Source: Nitrospirota bacterium (GTDB lineage Bacteria; Nitrospirota; UBA9217). Taken from it: a stretch of DNA of 64,000 nucleotides. Shown in pieces: positions 10,516-21,472 of this stretch. Under the pieces are notes generated by a model. That model had not been told where the DNA came from, ran no database searches, and saw nothing but the letters and a program-made list of their open reading frames with translations. The stretch is from positions 576,001-640,000 of the forward strand of contig CAVUCU010000001.1 in assembly GCA_963740085.1 (NCBI GenBank), in the 5' to 3' direction. Each line of letters starts with the position of its first letter. The stretch's first letter is position 1. The translations under genes and the position numbers were made by a program.

Positions 10516-10604
10516 GAGAAATGGTGATGAAGGGAGAAATGGAGAGAACTATAATAGGGGTAAATTCTTTCCCCTTTTCTCCGTTATTCCCTCCCCCTTT
10601 CTCC
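10516..10604. repeat. inverted pair of purine/pyrimidine octamer-like arrays
   Basis: GGAGAAAT..GGAGAAATGGAGA ... TTTTCTCC..CTTTCTCC. Confidence 0.6.
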
Positions 10605-10616
10605 TAAATATTTTTT

Positions 10617-11807
10617 TTATTTAGCTTTCCCCTGGACCCTTGACCCTATTATTTTCTCCGCTTCCTGTCGCGCCCAGAGGTCCGCCTTGAGCGCATCTTC
10701 CACGGTCTTGATATTCATCGGCGTATGGACGTCCATCGTTGTCCTGATCACACGGGCAATGTCAGCGTAACCGATCTTCTCTTCGAGAAAATACTTGACC
10801 GCCACCTCGTTCGCGGCCGAGAGCACCGCGGGCATGCTGCCTCCCGATTTCAATGCATCGAAGGCATAGACAAGGCAGGGGAACCGGTCCAGATCCGGCT
10901 CTTCGAAGGTAAGCGTGCCCACGGTGGCGAGGTCGAGTGCCGGAGACACATCCGAAAGCCGCTCGGGATACGACAGCGCGTAGGCGATCGGTCCTTTCAT
11001 GTCCGGTATGCCGAGCTGCGCCACGACCGCCCCGTCATGATATTCCACCATTGAATGGACAATGCTTTGGGGATGGACAAGCACCTTGATCTTCCCGGGG
11101 ACGACGTCAAAGAGCCACCGCGCCTCGATCACCTCGAGCCCCTTATTCATGAGCGTTGCGGAATCGATCGTGATCTTCCTGCCCATGCTCCAGTTCGGGT
11201 GTTTGAGCGCCTGCGCCAATGTCACGTTCGCAAGATGTTTTTTTGTAAATGCACGAAATGGACCGCCGGACGCCGTCAAAACCAGTTTCCTGATATCCGT
11301 GCTCGCGCCGGCAAGCAGGCACTGGAAAATAGCGCTGTGCTCGCTGTCCACCGGAAGGATGCGAACGCCCCGGGCCCGGCACTCGGCCATGACCAGTTCG
11401 CCCGCGGTCACGAGCACTTCCTTGTTCGCAAGCGCTATGTCCTTGCCGGCACGAACGGCCGCCATGGTCGGCACGAGCCCTGCGGTCCCCACGATCGCCG
11501 AAACCGTGATATCCGCCTCATCGGCAGCCGCGACCTGGATCATGCCCTCGACGCCGGAGAAGATACGTATGCTAAGGTCACTGCACCGCTGCTTCAGGTC
11601 CGCCGCTGAACGCTCGCTCAACACTGACACAATCGACGGACTGAACTGCCGGACCTGTTTTTCTAACAGCTCGACATTATTCCCCGCCGCAAGCGCAACC
11701 ACCGTGAATCGCTCCGGGAATTTTTCAACCACCGAGAGCGTTGACTGTCCGATCGAACCTGTAGAACCCAGTATGGATATTTTTTTCAAGCTGTCCCGTT
11801 CAGGCAC
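10617..11807 (-). CDS. dxr: 1-deoxy-D-xylulose-5-phosphate reductoisomerase
   Basis: [31 protein letters not shown]; start approximate. Confidence 0.96.
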   Translation of the reverse strand: MPERDSLKKISILGSTGSIGQSTLSVVEKFPERFTVVALAAGNNVELLEKQVRQFSPSIVSVLSERSAADLKQRCSDLSIRIFSGVEGMIQVAAADEADITVSAIVGTAGLVPTMAAVRAGKDIALANKEVLVTAGELVMAECRARGVRILPVDSEHSAIFQCLLAGASTDIRKLVLTASGGPFRAFTKKHLANVTLAQALKHPNWSMGRKITIDSATLMNKGLEVIEARWLFDVVPGKIKVLVHPQSIVHSMVEYHDGAVVAQLGIPDMKGPIAYALSYPERLSDVSPALDLATVGTLTFEEPDLDRFPCLVYAFDALKSGGSMPAVLSAANEVAVKYFLEEKIGYADIARVIRTTMDVHTPMNIKTVEDALKADLWARQEAEKIIGSRVQGKAK

Positions 11808-11821
11808 GGCGCACCGAGCCC

Positions 11822-12628
11822 CTACCCCCGCATTCTTAAATAGTAGAACAATACCGGCGCGGCAAACAGCATGCTATCCATGCGGTCGAGGATCCCGCCG
11901 TGACCGGGGATGAAATCACCCGAATCCTTGACCCCTGCTGCGCGCTTGAACAGCGACTCAGTTAGGTCGCCGATAGTTCCTGCAACCCCGAGCATGAGGG
12001 CGACCGCGATCGCTTCGCCCACACCGATGGGCGGCATGAACCAGACCCGGCACAGGAGCGCCATGGCAGAGGACGCAACCAGCGCGCCAAGAAGCCCCTC
12101 AATGCTTTTCTTCGGGCTCACCTTCTCATAGAGCCGGTGCTTCCCGAAGGGAATGCCGACGGAATAGGCGCCGATGTCCGATGCCCAGATGATGAAATAG
12201 AGGAACACAAGCCATTGTTTCCCGTCATCGCCGGTCCGGATCGCCACCTGGAACGCGAACAGCATGGCCACGTAGAACACACCCAGGAAAGTGGCCGCCA
12301 CGTCCTCGAGCGCGCCGTCAACAGGCCGGGATGAGAAAAGCCGCGCGATCATGATCAGAAGCATGCCGGCGGCTACCTGAAAGGAACTCCCCCCCGGCAC
12401 CGGAAGCTGGGGATGATAGAAACCCAGTACGATCAGCGCGCCGAGAACGATCCCGAGCACAACATCGGGATGCGACCCCCTGGCCTGCGCCATGCGGTAA
12501 AACTCATACTGTCCCACGGCCACGGCTGCCAGCACCATCGCGGTGAAATAAATCGGCGGAAGGTTCCAGGCGAAGAGGTAGAAGATGGGCAGGAACAGCA
12601 GTCCTGAGATCACTCTTTTATACAACAT
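11822..12628 (-). CDS. cdsA: phosphatidate cytidylyltransferase
   Basis: [35 protein letters not shown]; start MLYKRV after GGAGAC. Confidence 0.94.
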   Translation of the reverse strand: MLYKRVISGLLFLPIFYLFAWNLPPIYFTAMVLAAVAVGQYEFYRMAQARGSHPDVVLGIVLGALIVLGFYHPQLPVPGGSSFQVAAGMLLIMIARLFSSRPVDGALEDVAATFLGVFYVAMLFAFQVAIRTGDDGKQWLVFLYFIIWASDIGAYSVGIPFGKHRLYEKVSPKKSIEGLLGALVASSAMALLCRVWFMPPIGVGEAIAVALMLGVAGTIGDLTESLFKRAAGVKDSGDFIPGHGGILDRMDSMLFAAPVLFYYLRMRG

Positions 12629-12840
12629 GCGTTGTCTCCCTGAAATCCGGGGCAAATCCGGCAAACGGCAGATTCTCCTGATGAACGGAATGTCCTCCTC
12701 GAATCCTGAGCGACCCGACTGGTTTCGCCGAGGTCCTGTCGAAGGATCGTGAAGACCGTCTTCCCTGCAGTAAGAACCGGTCCCGCTCAAATTCAATGCG
12801 GAAAAGGCGCAATGGCGACTTCAACCTCCGCGCAACTCCG

Positions 12841-13599
12841 TCACTTCAGCATCTGCTGTTCCTGCGTCAGGCCAAACCGGCGCTGACGCCCCTGATAATC
12901 CAGAAGCGCGGCCAGGAGGTCCCGCTCTTCGAAATCGGGCCAGAGGGTGTCCGTGAAATAAAGTTCGGCGTAGGCAGCCTGCCAAAGAAGAAAGTTGCTG
13001 ATGCGTTTCTCGCCGCTCGTGCGGATGATCAGGTCCAGGTCGGACAACCCCGCCGTGTCGAGGAAGGAGGAAAAGATCTCTTCCGTGACATCCGCTGCCG
13101 CGATATTCGCCGAGCGCAGGCGCTTGATCGCTTCCAGTATCTCGCCGCGACCGCCATAGGACAGCGCCACGTTCAGAACCATACCGGTGTTCTTTTCCGT
13201 CTCTGACAAGGCCCGTTCGATCCACGCCTGTACCGATGCCGGAAGCCGTTCGGTCCTGCCGATGGTGCGAAACCGGATCCCGTTTGCCTTCATGGTCGTG
13301 ATCTCGGCCTTGAGAAAGGCCCCGAGCAGGTCCATGAGAAAACCCACCTCTTCCCTTGGCCTGCCCCAGTTCTCGTCGGAAAAGGCAAAGAGCGTCAACA
13401 CCTGGATACCGTACTGCCGGCACTGTTCCGTGATACGGCGCACCGTGTCCACACCCCTCTTATGTCCGGCGACGCGCGGCAGGCCATGGCGCTGCGCCCA
13501 ACGGCCGTTGCCGTCCATGATGATGGCAATGTGCTTCGGCAGGGCGTTCATATCCAGCCGGGCGCGAAGCTGATCAAGTGTCTGATTTTTGCTTTTCAT
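12841..13599 (-). CDS. uppS: undecaprenyl diphosphate synthase
   Basis: IIMDGNGRWA, FSDENWGRP, RTSGEKRISNFLLWQ, RRFG; start approximate. Confidence 0.94.
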   Translation of the reverse strand: MKSKNQTLDQLRARLDMNALPKHIAIIMDGNGRWAQRHGLPRVAGHKRGVDTVRRITEQCRQYGIQVLTLFAFSDENWGRPREEVGFLMDLLGAFLKAEITTMKANGIRFRTIGRTERLPASVQAWIERALSETEKNTGMVLNVALSYGGRGEILEAIKRLRSANIAAADVTEEIFSSFLDTAGLSDLDLIIRTSGEKRISNFLLWQAAYAELYFTDTLWPDFEERDLLAALLDYQGRQRRFGLTQEQQMLK

Positions 13600-13661
13600 C
13601 CCCTTGTGAATCTCCATTCGTCGCTCATGCAACCTGCAGGGTGACCGCAGTCAACTTATTT

Positions 13662-15422
13662 CTACTTCGCGGCATAGCTCATCACGCGAACGCGATCGGC
13701 CGCGAACAGCCCGCCGGGAGTCATCACAAGCGCCAGAATCTGAGCACCGGCACCCTGCCGGATGATCTGATAATCCAGGACCGCGCCCGGGATGTCCTTG
13801 ATGCTCCACCGCTGCTCGAGCCTTGCGCCTGTCCAGCCCAGGTCTATGAACTCGGCGTTTGTGTAACCGGGCAGGATCTTCCCGCCGCTGTTCTTCGGCA
13901 GCAGGATCTCATCTTTGCCGTCTCCGTTCAGGTCCGCCGTACCCACCCGTCCGCGTATCCTCACCTTCCGCGACTTGTCGATCTCGGCAGGCGGCGAAAT
14001 GACGGCCTCGATCCCGGTCAACGGTTTTATCACGATCGTTCCGACCGAGGGATACGTCTCCTCACTCTTCCAGATAGACGCCCCGTTGGAGAAAACAAGC
14101 AGCTGGTCCTTATCGCTGAGCGCGACAAGAAGGGGGCTGGTTTCCCCTGCGTCGACATACGCAAACCCGTAGAGGTCCACCCCTTTAGGCAGCGGGAACT
14201 CCGATGTAGGGACATATTTCCCGTCAAGCCAGACATATTGCTTCGGCTGTCCGACAAAGAACGAAACAGGGTCGTAACCCTGGCCGAGCAGAACGACCTC
14301 CTTCCGGGAAGAGACGACGACCCGGAGGAACCCCGGCACGTCGGCGATCCGCTGGTAGACGCCGTCCTTGAACTCTATGACGTACGAAATAACGGTGCCT
14401 TTCAGCATGCCGGTCACAAAGATCTCCGGTCTGCCGTTTCCGTTGATGTCCGACACATCGAGGTTGAAGTGCTGCATCTCGTCGGACGCGTAGGTAATGT
14501 TCTCGACCCATTCCTCCCGCCATCCCGAAGGCCCCTGCTTGAAGATATGAAGCTTTGCACCGTCGGAAAAAATATACTGCAGCGAGCCGGTCCCTTCAAG
14601 GTCGGCAGCAGCGAACAACTGTGCATTGAAGGGCAGGTACGCGGTCTCCCGTTTTTCCTCCATCGGCGGAGCGAAGAACGGTTTGACTTCCCCGAGTGCG
14701 TCCCGCTTGGTCCTGAGATCGAGCATGGCGACGATCGTATCGAGAGGTCTGGCATCATCAGCATAGTATAACCCCGCGGTCACCAGATATTTGCCTTCCG
14801 AGGGAAGGATCTCGATCGTCAGGACCATATCGAGATTGAAGGTCTTTCCCATCTCCTTGATCAGGGAGGCATCGCGCTGCTTTTTATCGCTCAGAAATGC
14901 CGCCCCCTTTTCGCTGTCGAGCACGGTGAACCTGCCGGTCTCCGTCAATCGCTCGGCAAGACCCTGGATGATCTCGGGATGTTCCGTCCGGAGCGGGATT
15001 ATCGCGAGTCCTATCTTTTTCGGCGTGATCCGCGCCTTGTCCCCGACCCTGGGCTCCTTCAGTTTATTCTTCATTACTCCGGTGGACGTCGTCTCGCCCG
15101 GAACGGTCACCTCGAGGGTGCCGACCTCTTCCTCGAGACGGCCTATCACCTGATTCGTTACGGGGTGGCGTATCTCCTTGCCGTCCCTCCATACCGTAAG
15201 GTCAACGCCTTGCCGAAGCCCGTCCTTGGTCCCGAGCGTTATCGTAATCACGTCCCCCTCAACGGACTTCACCTCACCCTGCACCTTGGGGAAGTATGAC
15301 GAGATCGCTGTCGCAAGTTCGTCCACAGAGGTATATTCCTTCACTCCGAGCGATTTCTCCGCGGCAACGGCGCCGGTGACGAGCAGCAGGGTCAGCAGAC
15401 ACGGTAAGATCACTTTTTTCAT
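13662..15422 (-). CDS. secreted FG-GAP/VCBS repeat protein
   Basis: Signal peptide MKKVILPC; DINGNGRPEI and DLNGDGKDEI Ca-binding repeats; N-terminal FlgT-like beta region (inferred). Confidence 0.75.
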   Translation of the reverse strand: MKKVILPCLLTLLLVTGAVAAEKSLGVKEYTSVDELATAISSYFPKVQGEVKSVEGDVITITLGTKDGLRQGVDLTVWRDGKEIRHPVTNQVIGRLEEEVGTLEVTVPGETTSTGVMKNKLKEPRVGDKARITPKKIGLAIIPLRTEHPEIIQGLAERLTETGRFTVLDSEKGAAFLSDKKQRDASLIKEMGKTFNLDMVLTIEILPSEGKYLVTAGLYYADDARPLDTIVAMLDLRTKRDALGEVKPFFAPPMEEKRETAYLPFNAQLFAAADLEGTGSLQYIFSDGAKLHIFKQGPSGWREEWVENITYASDEMQHFNLDVSDINGNGRPEIFVTGMLKGTVISYVIEFKDGVYQRIADVPGFLRVVVSSRKEVVLLGQGYDPVSFFVGQPKQYVWLDGKYVPTSEFPLPKGVDLYGFAYVDAGETSPLLVALSDKDQLLVFSNGASIWKSEETYPSVGTIVIKPLTGIEAVISPPAEIDKSRKVRIRGRVGTADLNGDGKDEILLPKNSGGKILPGYTNAEFIDLGWTGARLEQRWSIKDIPGAVLDYQIIRQGAGAQILALVMTPGGLFAADRVRVMSYAAK

Positions 15423-15483
15423 TTCGATGATAACCTCTTTAATCCAAAATTTTTTATCACACTCAAAGACAATGTCCAATATT

Positions 15484-17658
15484 TCATTCGATCTTCACCC
15501 GGATCTCGGTTTCCCACGACTTTTCCGGAGGAAGCGAGAGCCGCCAGATCGGCATCACCATCGAGCTCTGATATACCCGCTCGAACCCGGCCTCGGATTG
15601 CGAGACCGTTTCAACCGGCGCGCGCCAGAGGCTTGCGGACCGGGAGAATGCGAGGGTGAGCTTGAGTTTGAGCCATTCGTCCACAAGGCTCACCTGGCTC
15701 ACATTGTTCGTTTCGCCGGTGGAGGCGAGGTTTCGCTTTTCGAGCACGTGGTCAGGGATGACATAGTAGCGGTCGTCGGCATTCCCCGCGAGGAGTGAAA
15801 AGTTAAACTCGCTCCCGAATGAGGTGTTCAGCTCTTCCGCACTCAGGTTCACGATCTCATAGCGCACGATAAATTCCGATGCGCCCTGGTGCAGAGCGAT
15901 TTCTTTTCTGATCCGGACAGCGAGTCCGGCAACATTCCCGCGACGCTCCAGCGCAAGCGTCGCAACTCCCCCCTGTTTTCTCTGTTTCAGATCAAAGGCC
16001 CCGAGCACAAAATCGCCGGCCTCGTGGTATTCGGACCGCATGAAACCCGGTAGATCGATGCCGGACTCGAGAAAATGATCGAGGAGCGATCCCCGCTTGT
16101 ACCAGTCGTATTGGAGGTGCCCATCAAGCCCTTCCTCCTTGACCACCACCCGCTCATGGATCGTCTGTGCGCCGCACGCGTCCTGGTCCCTGCCCGCCGT
16201 GCAGATCTTGTCGTGATACCCTTCATGCCTGCGCGTGAGGGTGTTCATAAGGTTGAACGAACGCGGCTTCCAGTCAAACTCCGAGATCCTGCCGCCCTCC
16301 GCCGGATCGATGAACAGGTTCATGCGTTCTGAGTTCAGCATGACCTCCTCGCTCCCGTCCATATCGAAGTCGCCCCTTTCGATTTCAAGCCAGGATGGTT
16401 GAAAACTTGCCTTTGGTTTCCCTCGTCCCTCGTCCCTCGTCTCTCGTCCCTTCAGCGCTTGATCGGCCATGAACTCCGCCTGTATCAAATGCTCATACAC
16501 GGCAGAGCGTAAATGCGGCAGGTAGAGCCCCCCGAAAACGCCGTGCCAGTACGAATCATTGCACTGCGACTGATAGAGATGGTCGAGCATCCGCGCCGTC
16601 TCTGCATTTTTTTTCGTGCCCGGCGCATCGAGAACATCATGCACCTTCCGGCTCACCATCATCATTCGTTTGTGCATGTGGTTGCTCTCGGGATACTTGG
16701 CCAGGAAGTTCCGCCAGAACCCGCCCTTGATGAAAGGCCTCAGTCCCGCAAACTCGGGAGAATCCTTCACCTTTGCCAGCGCGTCGTCATACTCCTTCAT
16801 GGCGCGCGTCGGGAGCGCCCACTCACCCATTTCCATGTACGAGGCCGTGGGGAGATAGACCCTGCCGAGCGTCGGCTCCTTCGTGAGGTACTCCGAGAAC
16901 GTGGTGGTCTCAAGCCATTCACTGTTCTGTTCGAGCAAAGTGAAAAACCGTTCAAGCCAGCCTTCCTCGTACACGGAGTGATACGTGCCGGGCCAGATGC
17001 CGAATTTTTCACCATCGTCCGCCATCGTCATGAGCCTGTTCCTCTCCGTCGAGCGGAAAGAGGACAGGTGATTGATCGTCTCCTCCGGCGGATGGAACGG
17101 GATCAGATATCGGAGCAGTTCGTTCCCCGGGAAGATGCGAAGTATACTATCCTGCTCTTCGGTGAGATAATACCCGTCAAGCTCGTCATCCCGGAGCCCG
17201 GCCATCTTGAAATGGAAGTCGTCGACGACCACGTGGTTGATCCCGGCTGCGGCAATGGTCTTGGGAAGGTGCGGCTCCCAGACCCGTTCCGCGAGCCACA
17301 GACCCTGCGCGACGTAGCCCAGCACGCGCTTTACATAGTCCGTGAGCGCGCGGACCTGGCCTATCTTGTCTTCATCAGGCAGCACGGCAAGGATCGGCTC
17401 GTAAAATCCGCCGGAGAGGACCTCGGCCCGGCCTTGAGCCACGAGTTTCTTGAGCATGTCGATGAATTCAGGATGGTGTTCTTCAAAAAAATGGTAGAGG
17501 ATCCCCGTGTAGTGCAGCGTGACCTTGAGCGATGGATGGCGCTCGAGCACCGTGATAAAGGGCAGATACGCTTTCTGATAGGCATCCTCGGCCACGAAGT
17601 CGAAATTGCCGACCGGCTGATGGTTGTGGACGGCGAAGATGAATTGTACTTTCGGCAT
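15484..17658 (-). CDS. GH57 alpha-amylase/4-alpha-glucanotransferase
   Basis: HNHQP, GLWLAERVW, DDGEKFG, GFWRNFLAKYPESN, QCNDSYWHGVFGG, SQSEAGFERVYQ. Confidence 0.92.
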   Translation of the reverse strand: MPKVQFIFAVHNHQPVGNFDFVAEDAYQKAYLPFITVLERHPSLKVTLHYTGILYHFFEEHHPEFIDMLKKLVAQGRAEVLSGGFYEPILAVLPDEDKIGQVRALTDYVKRVLGYVAQGLWLAERVWEPHLPKTIAAAGINHVVVDDFHFKMAGLRDDELDGYYLTEEQDSILRIFPGNELLRYLIPFHPPEETINHLSSFRSTERNRLMTMADDGEKFGIWPGTYHSVYEEGWLERFFTLLEQNSEWLETTTFSEYLTKEPTLGRVYLPTASYMEMGEWALPTRAMKEYDDALAKVKDSPEFAGLRPFIKGGFWRNFLAKYPESNHMHKRMMMVSRKVHDVLDAPGTKKNAETARMLDHLYQSQCNDSYWHGVFGGLYLPHLRSAVYEHLIQAEFMADQALKGRETRDEGRGKPKASFQPSWLEIERGDFDMDGSEEVMLNSERMNLFIDPAEGGRISEFDWKPRSFNLMNTLTRRHEGYHDKICTAGRDQDACGAQTIHERVVVKEEGLDGHLQYDWYKRGSLLDHFLESGIDLPGFMRSEYHEAGDFVLGAFDLKQRKQGGVATLALERRGNVAGLAVRIRKEIALHQGASEFIVRYEIVNLSAEELNTSFGSEFNFSLLAGNADDRYYVIPDHVLEKRNLASTGETNNVSQVSLVDEWLKLKLTLAFSRSASLWRAPVETVSQSEAGFERVYQSSMVMPIWRLSLPPEKSWETEIRVKIE

Positions 17659-17854
17659 ATCGTTGCAACCCCGTGTTTTCCTGATATTTTCGATGAGAAT
17701 ACAGACTCGAATATTAGCCTTCCGGGTCTGAAAAGTCAACCGAAAACGGGATTTTGGGCTTTGTTGCAGATGCATTTATACAAGTTACCTGCGTTCACGA
17801 ACGGTACGCATCGCAACCGGCATTTTCTGAGGTCATTCGAAAGGAAGATATTTT

Positions 17855-17964
17855 TCTCGCAGAGGCGCAGAGTTCGCAGAGAAAAGCTTAAAAAGTGTTA
17901 TGCGTTAAAACAAAAAACTTAAAGGTTTGGATTTTACTCTGTGTCCTCCGCGTGCTCTGCGAGA
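17855..17964. repeat. inverted pair of nonamer arrays
   Basis: TCTCGCAGAGGCGCAGAGTTCGCAGAG ... CTCTGTGTCCTCCGCGTGCTCTGCGAGA. Confidence 0.78.
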
Positions 17965-18028
17965 GAACGCCCTTTAGTTCCTGTTCTTCCAGGGTCTGAC
18001 AGAACATCCGATAAGTGTTTAATCCGTC

Positions 18029-18760
18029 TCATCCAGTCCTCTTCACCAGCCGGCCTGCGACGAAAAAGAACACCACCGCGTATGCCGCCAGCACGACCAG
18101 GGAACCCGGAGCAAGATCATTGCCTGACGCCAACGCTCGCAGCAGAATGCTCGCGTGCGTGAGCGGATAGACCAGGATGAGGCTCCTGAACGGCTCCGGC
18201 AGTTTGTCCGGTGAAAAGAACGTGCCTGCCAGGAACGACATGGGGAGGATGAAGAAGCTGTTGAAGTTCGCCATGTCCTCGTGCGTGCGTGTGATCATTG
18301 CCGCCGCCACGCCCGCTGCGCCGAAACAGAATGCCGTGAGAAACAGTATCGCGAAAAAGGAAACAGATAAATGCAAATGCACACCGGAGATGATCCCCAC
18401 CAGCATGAGCATAAGCGCGGAGAACGACCCGCGTGCAAGACCGGTGAGCGTCCTGCCGAGAGCGATGTCCCAGGGGCTCACGGGAGAGACGAGCACCTCT
18501 TCAAGGGTCTTGGTGTAGAGCTTGCTTATATTAAGCGACGTCGAGACCGGGGTGAAGCTGTTGTTCATGGCCGAAAGCGCGAGGATGCCGGGCAGAACGA
18601 ACTCGAGATACCTGCCTCCGCCAACGTTCATGCCCCTGCCGAGGCCCCAGCCAAAGGTCACGAGATAGAGGATCGGCATGACCATGCTCGAAGCAAGGAA
18701 CCGCCAGGGTTTCTTGCGGATGAGCAGCAGCTCTTTCCAGATGATCGGATAAAAATTCAT
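18029..18760 (-). CDS. ABC-2 type transporter permease
   Basis: Six hydrophobic segments, YLEFVLPGIL, PMSFLAGTFF, YPLTH. Confidence 0.88.
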   Translation of the reverse strand: MNFYPIIWKELLLIRKKPWRFLASSMVMPILYLVTFGWGLGRGMNVGGGRYLEFVLPGILALSAMNNSFTPVSTSLNISKLYTKTLEEVLVSPVSPWDIALGRTLTGLARGSFSALMLMLVGIISGVHLHLSVSFFAILFLTAFCFGAAGVAAAMITRTHEDMANFNSFFILPMSFLAGTFFSPDKLPEPFRSLILVYPLTHASILLRALASGNDLAPGSLVVLAAYAVVFFFVAGRLVKRTG

Positions 18761-18878
18761 ATTAATTTTATAAAAACCGTACTTCCCGCGCGGCACTGTT
18801 AGAGGTGACACTTGAAAAAACCGCCGCCAATAGCTCCGCCAGGCAAGGAGCGTTTTGATGATCTTGTCTGCCGGCCTT

Positions 18879-19718
18879 TCAGTTCTCGATTCGCTCTCCG
18901 GTCAAACTGATGAACACATCCTCAAGCGTAACGTCCCGTATCATGATATCAGCGCACATGGCGCGGCTGTCATCGATCGCTTCTTCACGCGTTTGAAAGA
19001 AACGTCGCGGTATATCATGTCTCCCTATGCATTCAAGCGCGAACTTGCCCACGCGTTCCTTGAGCGCAGCGGGCCTGTCCAGCGCGATGATCTTCCCCGC
19101 ACGCATGATCGCCACCCGGTCGCAGAGCGCATCCGCCTCTTCGATATAGTGCGTCGTAAGCAGGACCGTGACCTTGTCCCGCTTCAACGATTCGATCAAT
19201 CCCCAGATCATCCTTCGAGCCTGCGGGTCCAGCCCGACCGTCGGTTCGTCCATACATACGACCCCGGGCCGGTGCATAAGTCCCCTGGCTATCAGCAGTC
19301 TTCTGCGCATGCCGCCCGAAAGATGGTCCACCGGCGTATCCTTTTTATCCCAGAGCCCGACGAAATGAAGAAGCTCTTCGATGCGTGCGGTCCGGTCCGC
19401 GGGTTCCATCTTGTGCAGCCGTCCATGATACTCGAGATTCTCGGCGCAGGTGAGATCGACGTCGAGGTTCAGCATCTGCGGTACCACGCCGATCGCCCGT
19501 TTGACACGGAGCGGATCAGCCTGAACATCGTATCCGGCGACCGATGCGGAGCCCGATGTCGGAGAAAGAAGCGTGGTCAGCATGCGCAACGTCGTGGTCT
19601 TTCCCGCGCCGTTCGGACCGAGGAGGCCGAAGACCTCCCCTTTGCTCACGGAGAAGCTGATGGACTGGACCGCGCCGAGGTCACCGAAATATTTTGTGAG
19701 GTTATTGGTGTCGATCAT
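18879..19718 (-). CDS. ABC transporter ATP-binding protein (DrrA/NodI-like)
   Basis: GPNGAGKTT, LSGGM, DEPTVGLD, LTTHY. Confidence 0.92.
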   Translation of the reverse strand: MIDTNNLTKYFGDLGAVQSISFSVSKGEVFGLLGPNGAGKTTTLRMLTTLLSPTSGSASVAGYDVQADPLRVKRAIGVVPQMLNLDVDLTCAENLEYHGRLHKMEPADRTARIEELLHFVGLWDKKDTPVDHLSGGMRRRLLIARGLMHRPGVVCMDEPTVGLDPQARRMIWGLIESLKRDKVTVLLTTHYIEEADALCDRVAIMRAGKIIALDRPAALKERVGKFALECIGRHDIPRRFFQTREEAIDDSRAMCADIMIRDVTLEDVFISLTGERIEN

Positions 19719-19848
19719 TGATATCGTGTTGCACAGAAATCATACGTGGCCAAAACCAGAATCAAATTCTATGACACTGATCAGGGACGATTAAGAACCT
19801 TTACCAGGCTGATCATGCAATAAGTCATTTTTAAAGTCAACAACTTGG

Positions 19849-19937
19849 AACCGCAAAGACGCAAAGAGCGCGAAGAAAAGCTTGAATCTCCATTTAAAAT
19901 CTTTAAAAAACTTTGCGTTCTTCGCGCCTTCGCGGTT
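19849..19937. repeat. inverted pair of nonamer arrays
   Basis: AACCGCAAAGACGCAAAGAGCGCGAAG ... CTTTGCGTTCTTCGCGCCTTCGCGGTT. Confidence 0.78.
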
Positions 19938-19956
19938 CAACGTTTTCGTAATCGGC

Positions 19957-21327
19957 TCAGTCCTCTATCTCTATGCCCAGCGCCTTGATCTTCCGGTGCA
20001 GGTTGCTCCGCTCCACGCTGATTGCTTCGGCGGTCTTGCTCACGTTGCCGTTGTTTTCCTTGAGCTTCCGGGTGATAAATTCGCGCTCGAAATCCGCGCG
20101 GGCTTCCCTGAGCGATGCAAATCCGCCGGGCGTCCGCTCCCGCCCTTTCCGGTCTGCATGAGCGCTCCTGACCGGAGGCGGAATGTCGGAAAGCCTGATC
20201 ACGGGTCCGGGGGCCATGATGAGCAATCGCTCGATGATATTGCGAAGTTCCCGCACATTTCCCGGCCATTGATACTGAACAAAAAGCGCGAGCGCATCGT
20301 CCTCGATGGCCTTGGGCTTCTGGCCGTACTCACTCGAAAACTCCCTGAGAAAGTGGTGAACAAGGCGCGGGATATCATCGGGCCGCTCGCGGAGCGGCGG
20401 TACTTCGAGTGGGATGACGTTCAAACGATAATACAGGTCCTCGCGGAAGGAGCCCTTCCTGATCTCGTCGGCAAGGTTCCTGTTCGACGCGGCGATCACC
20501 CTCACGTCGACCTTGAGCGTCCGGGTGCCGCCCACGCGTTGAAACTCCTGCCCCTGGAGCACTCGCAGCACCTTGGCCTGTGTGGCCAGGCTCATGTCGG
20601 CGATCTCGTCAAGGAAGATCGTGCCCCGGTCGGCAAGCTCGAACTTCCCCCGCTTCATTCCCGTCGCGCCGGTAAACGACCCCTTTTCGTGCCCGAACAA
20701 TTCGCTCTCGATCAGTTCCTGCGGGATCGCCGCGCAGTTCACTTCCACGAAGGAATTGCCGGCCCTTTTGCTTGCGCGGTGAATTGCGCGCGCCACGAGC
20801 TCCTTGCCCGTGCCGCTGTCGCCGTGGATCAATACCCAGCCGTTCGTTGGTCCGGCCAGCGCGATCTGCTGCTTGAGCGCCTTGATAACGTCGCTCTCGC
20901 CCACGATATCAGAGCGTTTTTCGATGCTCTTTTTAAGGGCCTCGTTCTCTTCGCGAAGCCGTGACTCCTCCAGCCCGTGTTTGACCACCAGTGTCAGATG
21001 CGCCAGCCCGGGAGGCTTCACCATGAAGTCGTAGGCGCCCATCTTCGTGGTCTTAACGGCAGTCTCGATTGTGCCGTGGCCCGTGACCATGATCACCGGC
21101 ATGTCGGGCCTCATCTCCTGGAACCTCCTGAGAACCTCGATCCCGTCCATCCCGGGCATGGCAATGTCGAGCAGCGCCAGGGAGGGCTGCGTTTCGCTCA
21201 GCAGGTCGATCCCTTCCCTGCCCGAGGAAACGGCCACGACGTCATAGCCTTCGTCCCGCATGACATCGGCAAGGCTCTTCCGCACGCTTTCTTCGTCGTC
21301 GACTATGAGTATGGTTTCACCGGACAT
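19957..21327 (-). CDS. sigma54-dependent response regulator (NtrX-like)
   Basis: Receiver domain, GDSGTGKE, GSFTGA, WPGNVREL, HTH ERSNLHRK. Confidence 0.9.
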   Translation of the reverse strand: MSGETILIVDDEESVRKSLADVMRDEGYDVVAVSSGREGIDLLSETQPSLALLDIAMPGMDGIEVLRRFQEMRPDMPVIMVTGHGTIETAVKTTKMGAYDFMVKPPGLAHLTLVVKHGLEESRLREENEALKKSIEKRSDIVGESDVIKALKQQIALAGPTNGWVLIHGDSGTGKELVARAIHRASKRAGNSFVEVNCAAIPQELIESELFGHEKGSFTGATGMKRGKFELADRGTIFLDEIADMSLATQAKVLRVLQGQEFQRVGGTRTLKVDVRVIAASNRNLADEIRKGSFREDLYYRLNVIPLEVPPLRERPDDIPRLVHHFLREFSSEYGQKPKAIEDDALALFVQYQWPGNVRELRNIIERLLIMAPGPVIRLSDIPPPVRSAHADRKGRERTPGGFASLREARADFEREFITRKLKENNGNVSKTAEAISVERSNLHRKIKALGIEIED

Positions 21328-21416
21328 ATCGTTTTTTGTGCTTCAATGTTCAAAGTTGAGCGACTTAATGAATTGAGCCGCTGTAGCGGCTCGAAGGACT
21401 TGTTGGACTGATCTTA

Positions 21417-21446
21417 TCGGGTTTCGCTACGCTCTACCCGACCTCC
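21417..21446 (-). repeat. REP-like palindrome
   Basis: Minus strand GGAGG-TCGGGT-AGAGCGTAGCGAA-ACCCGA: tetranucleotide head plus imperfect hairpin. Confidence 0.5.
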
Positions 21447-21472
21447 TTACTGAACCCACGAAAAGATGATTG

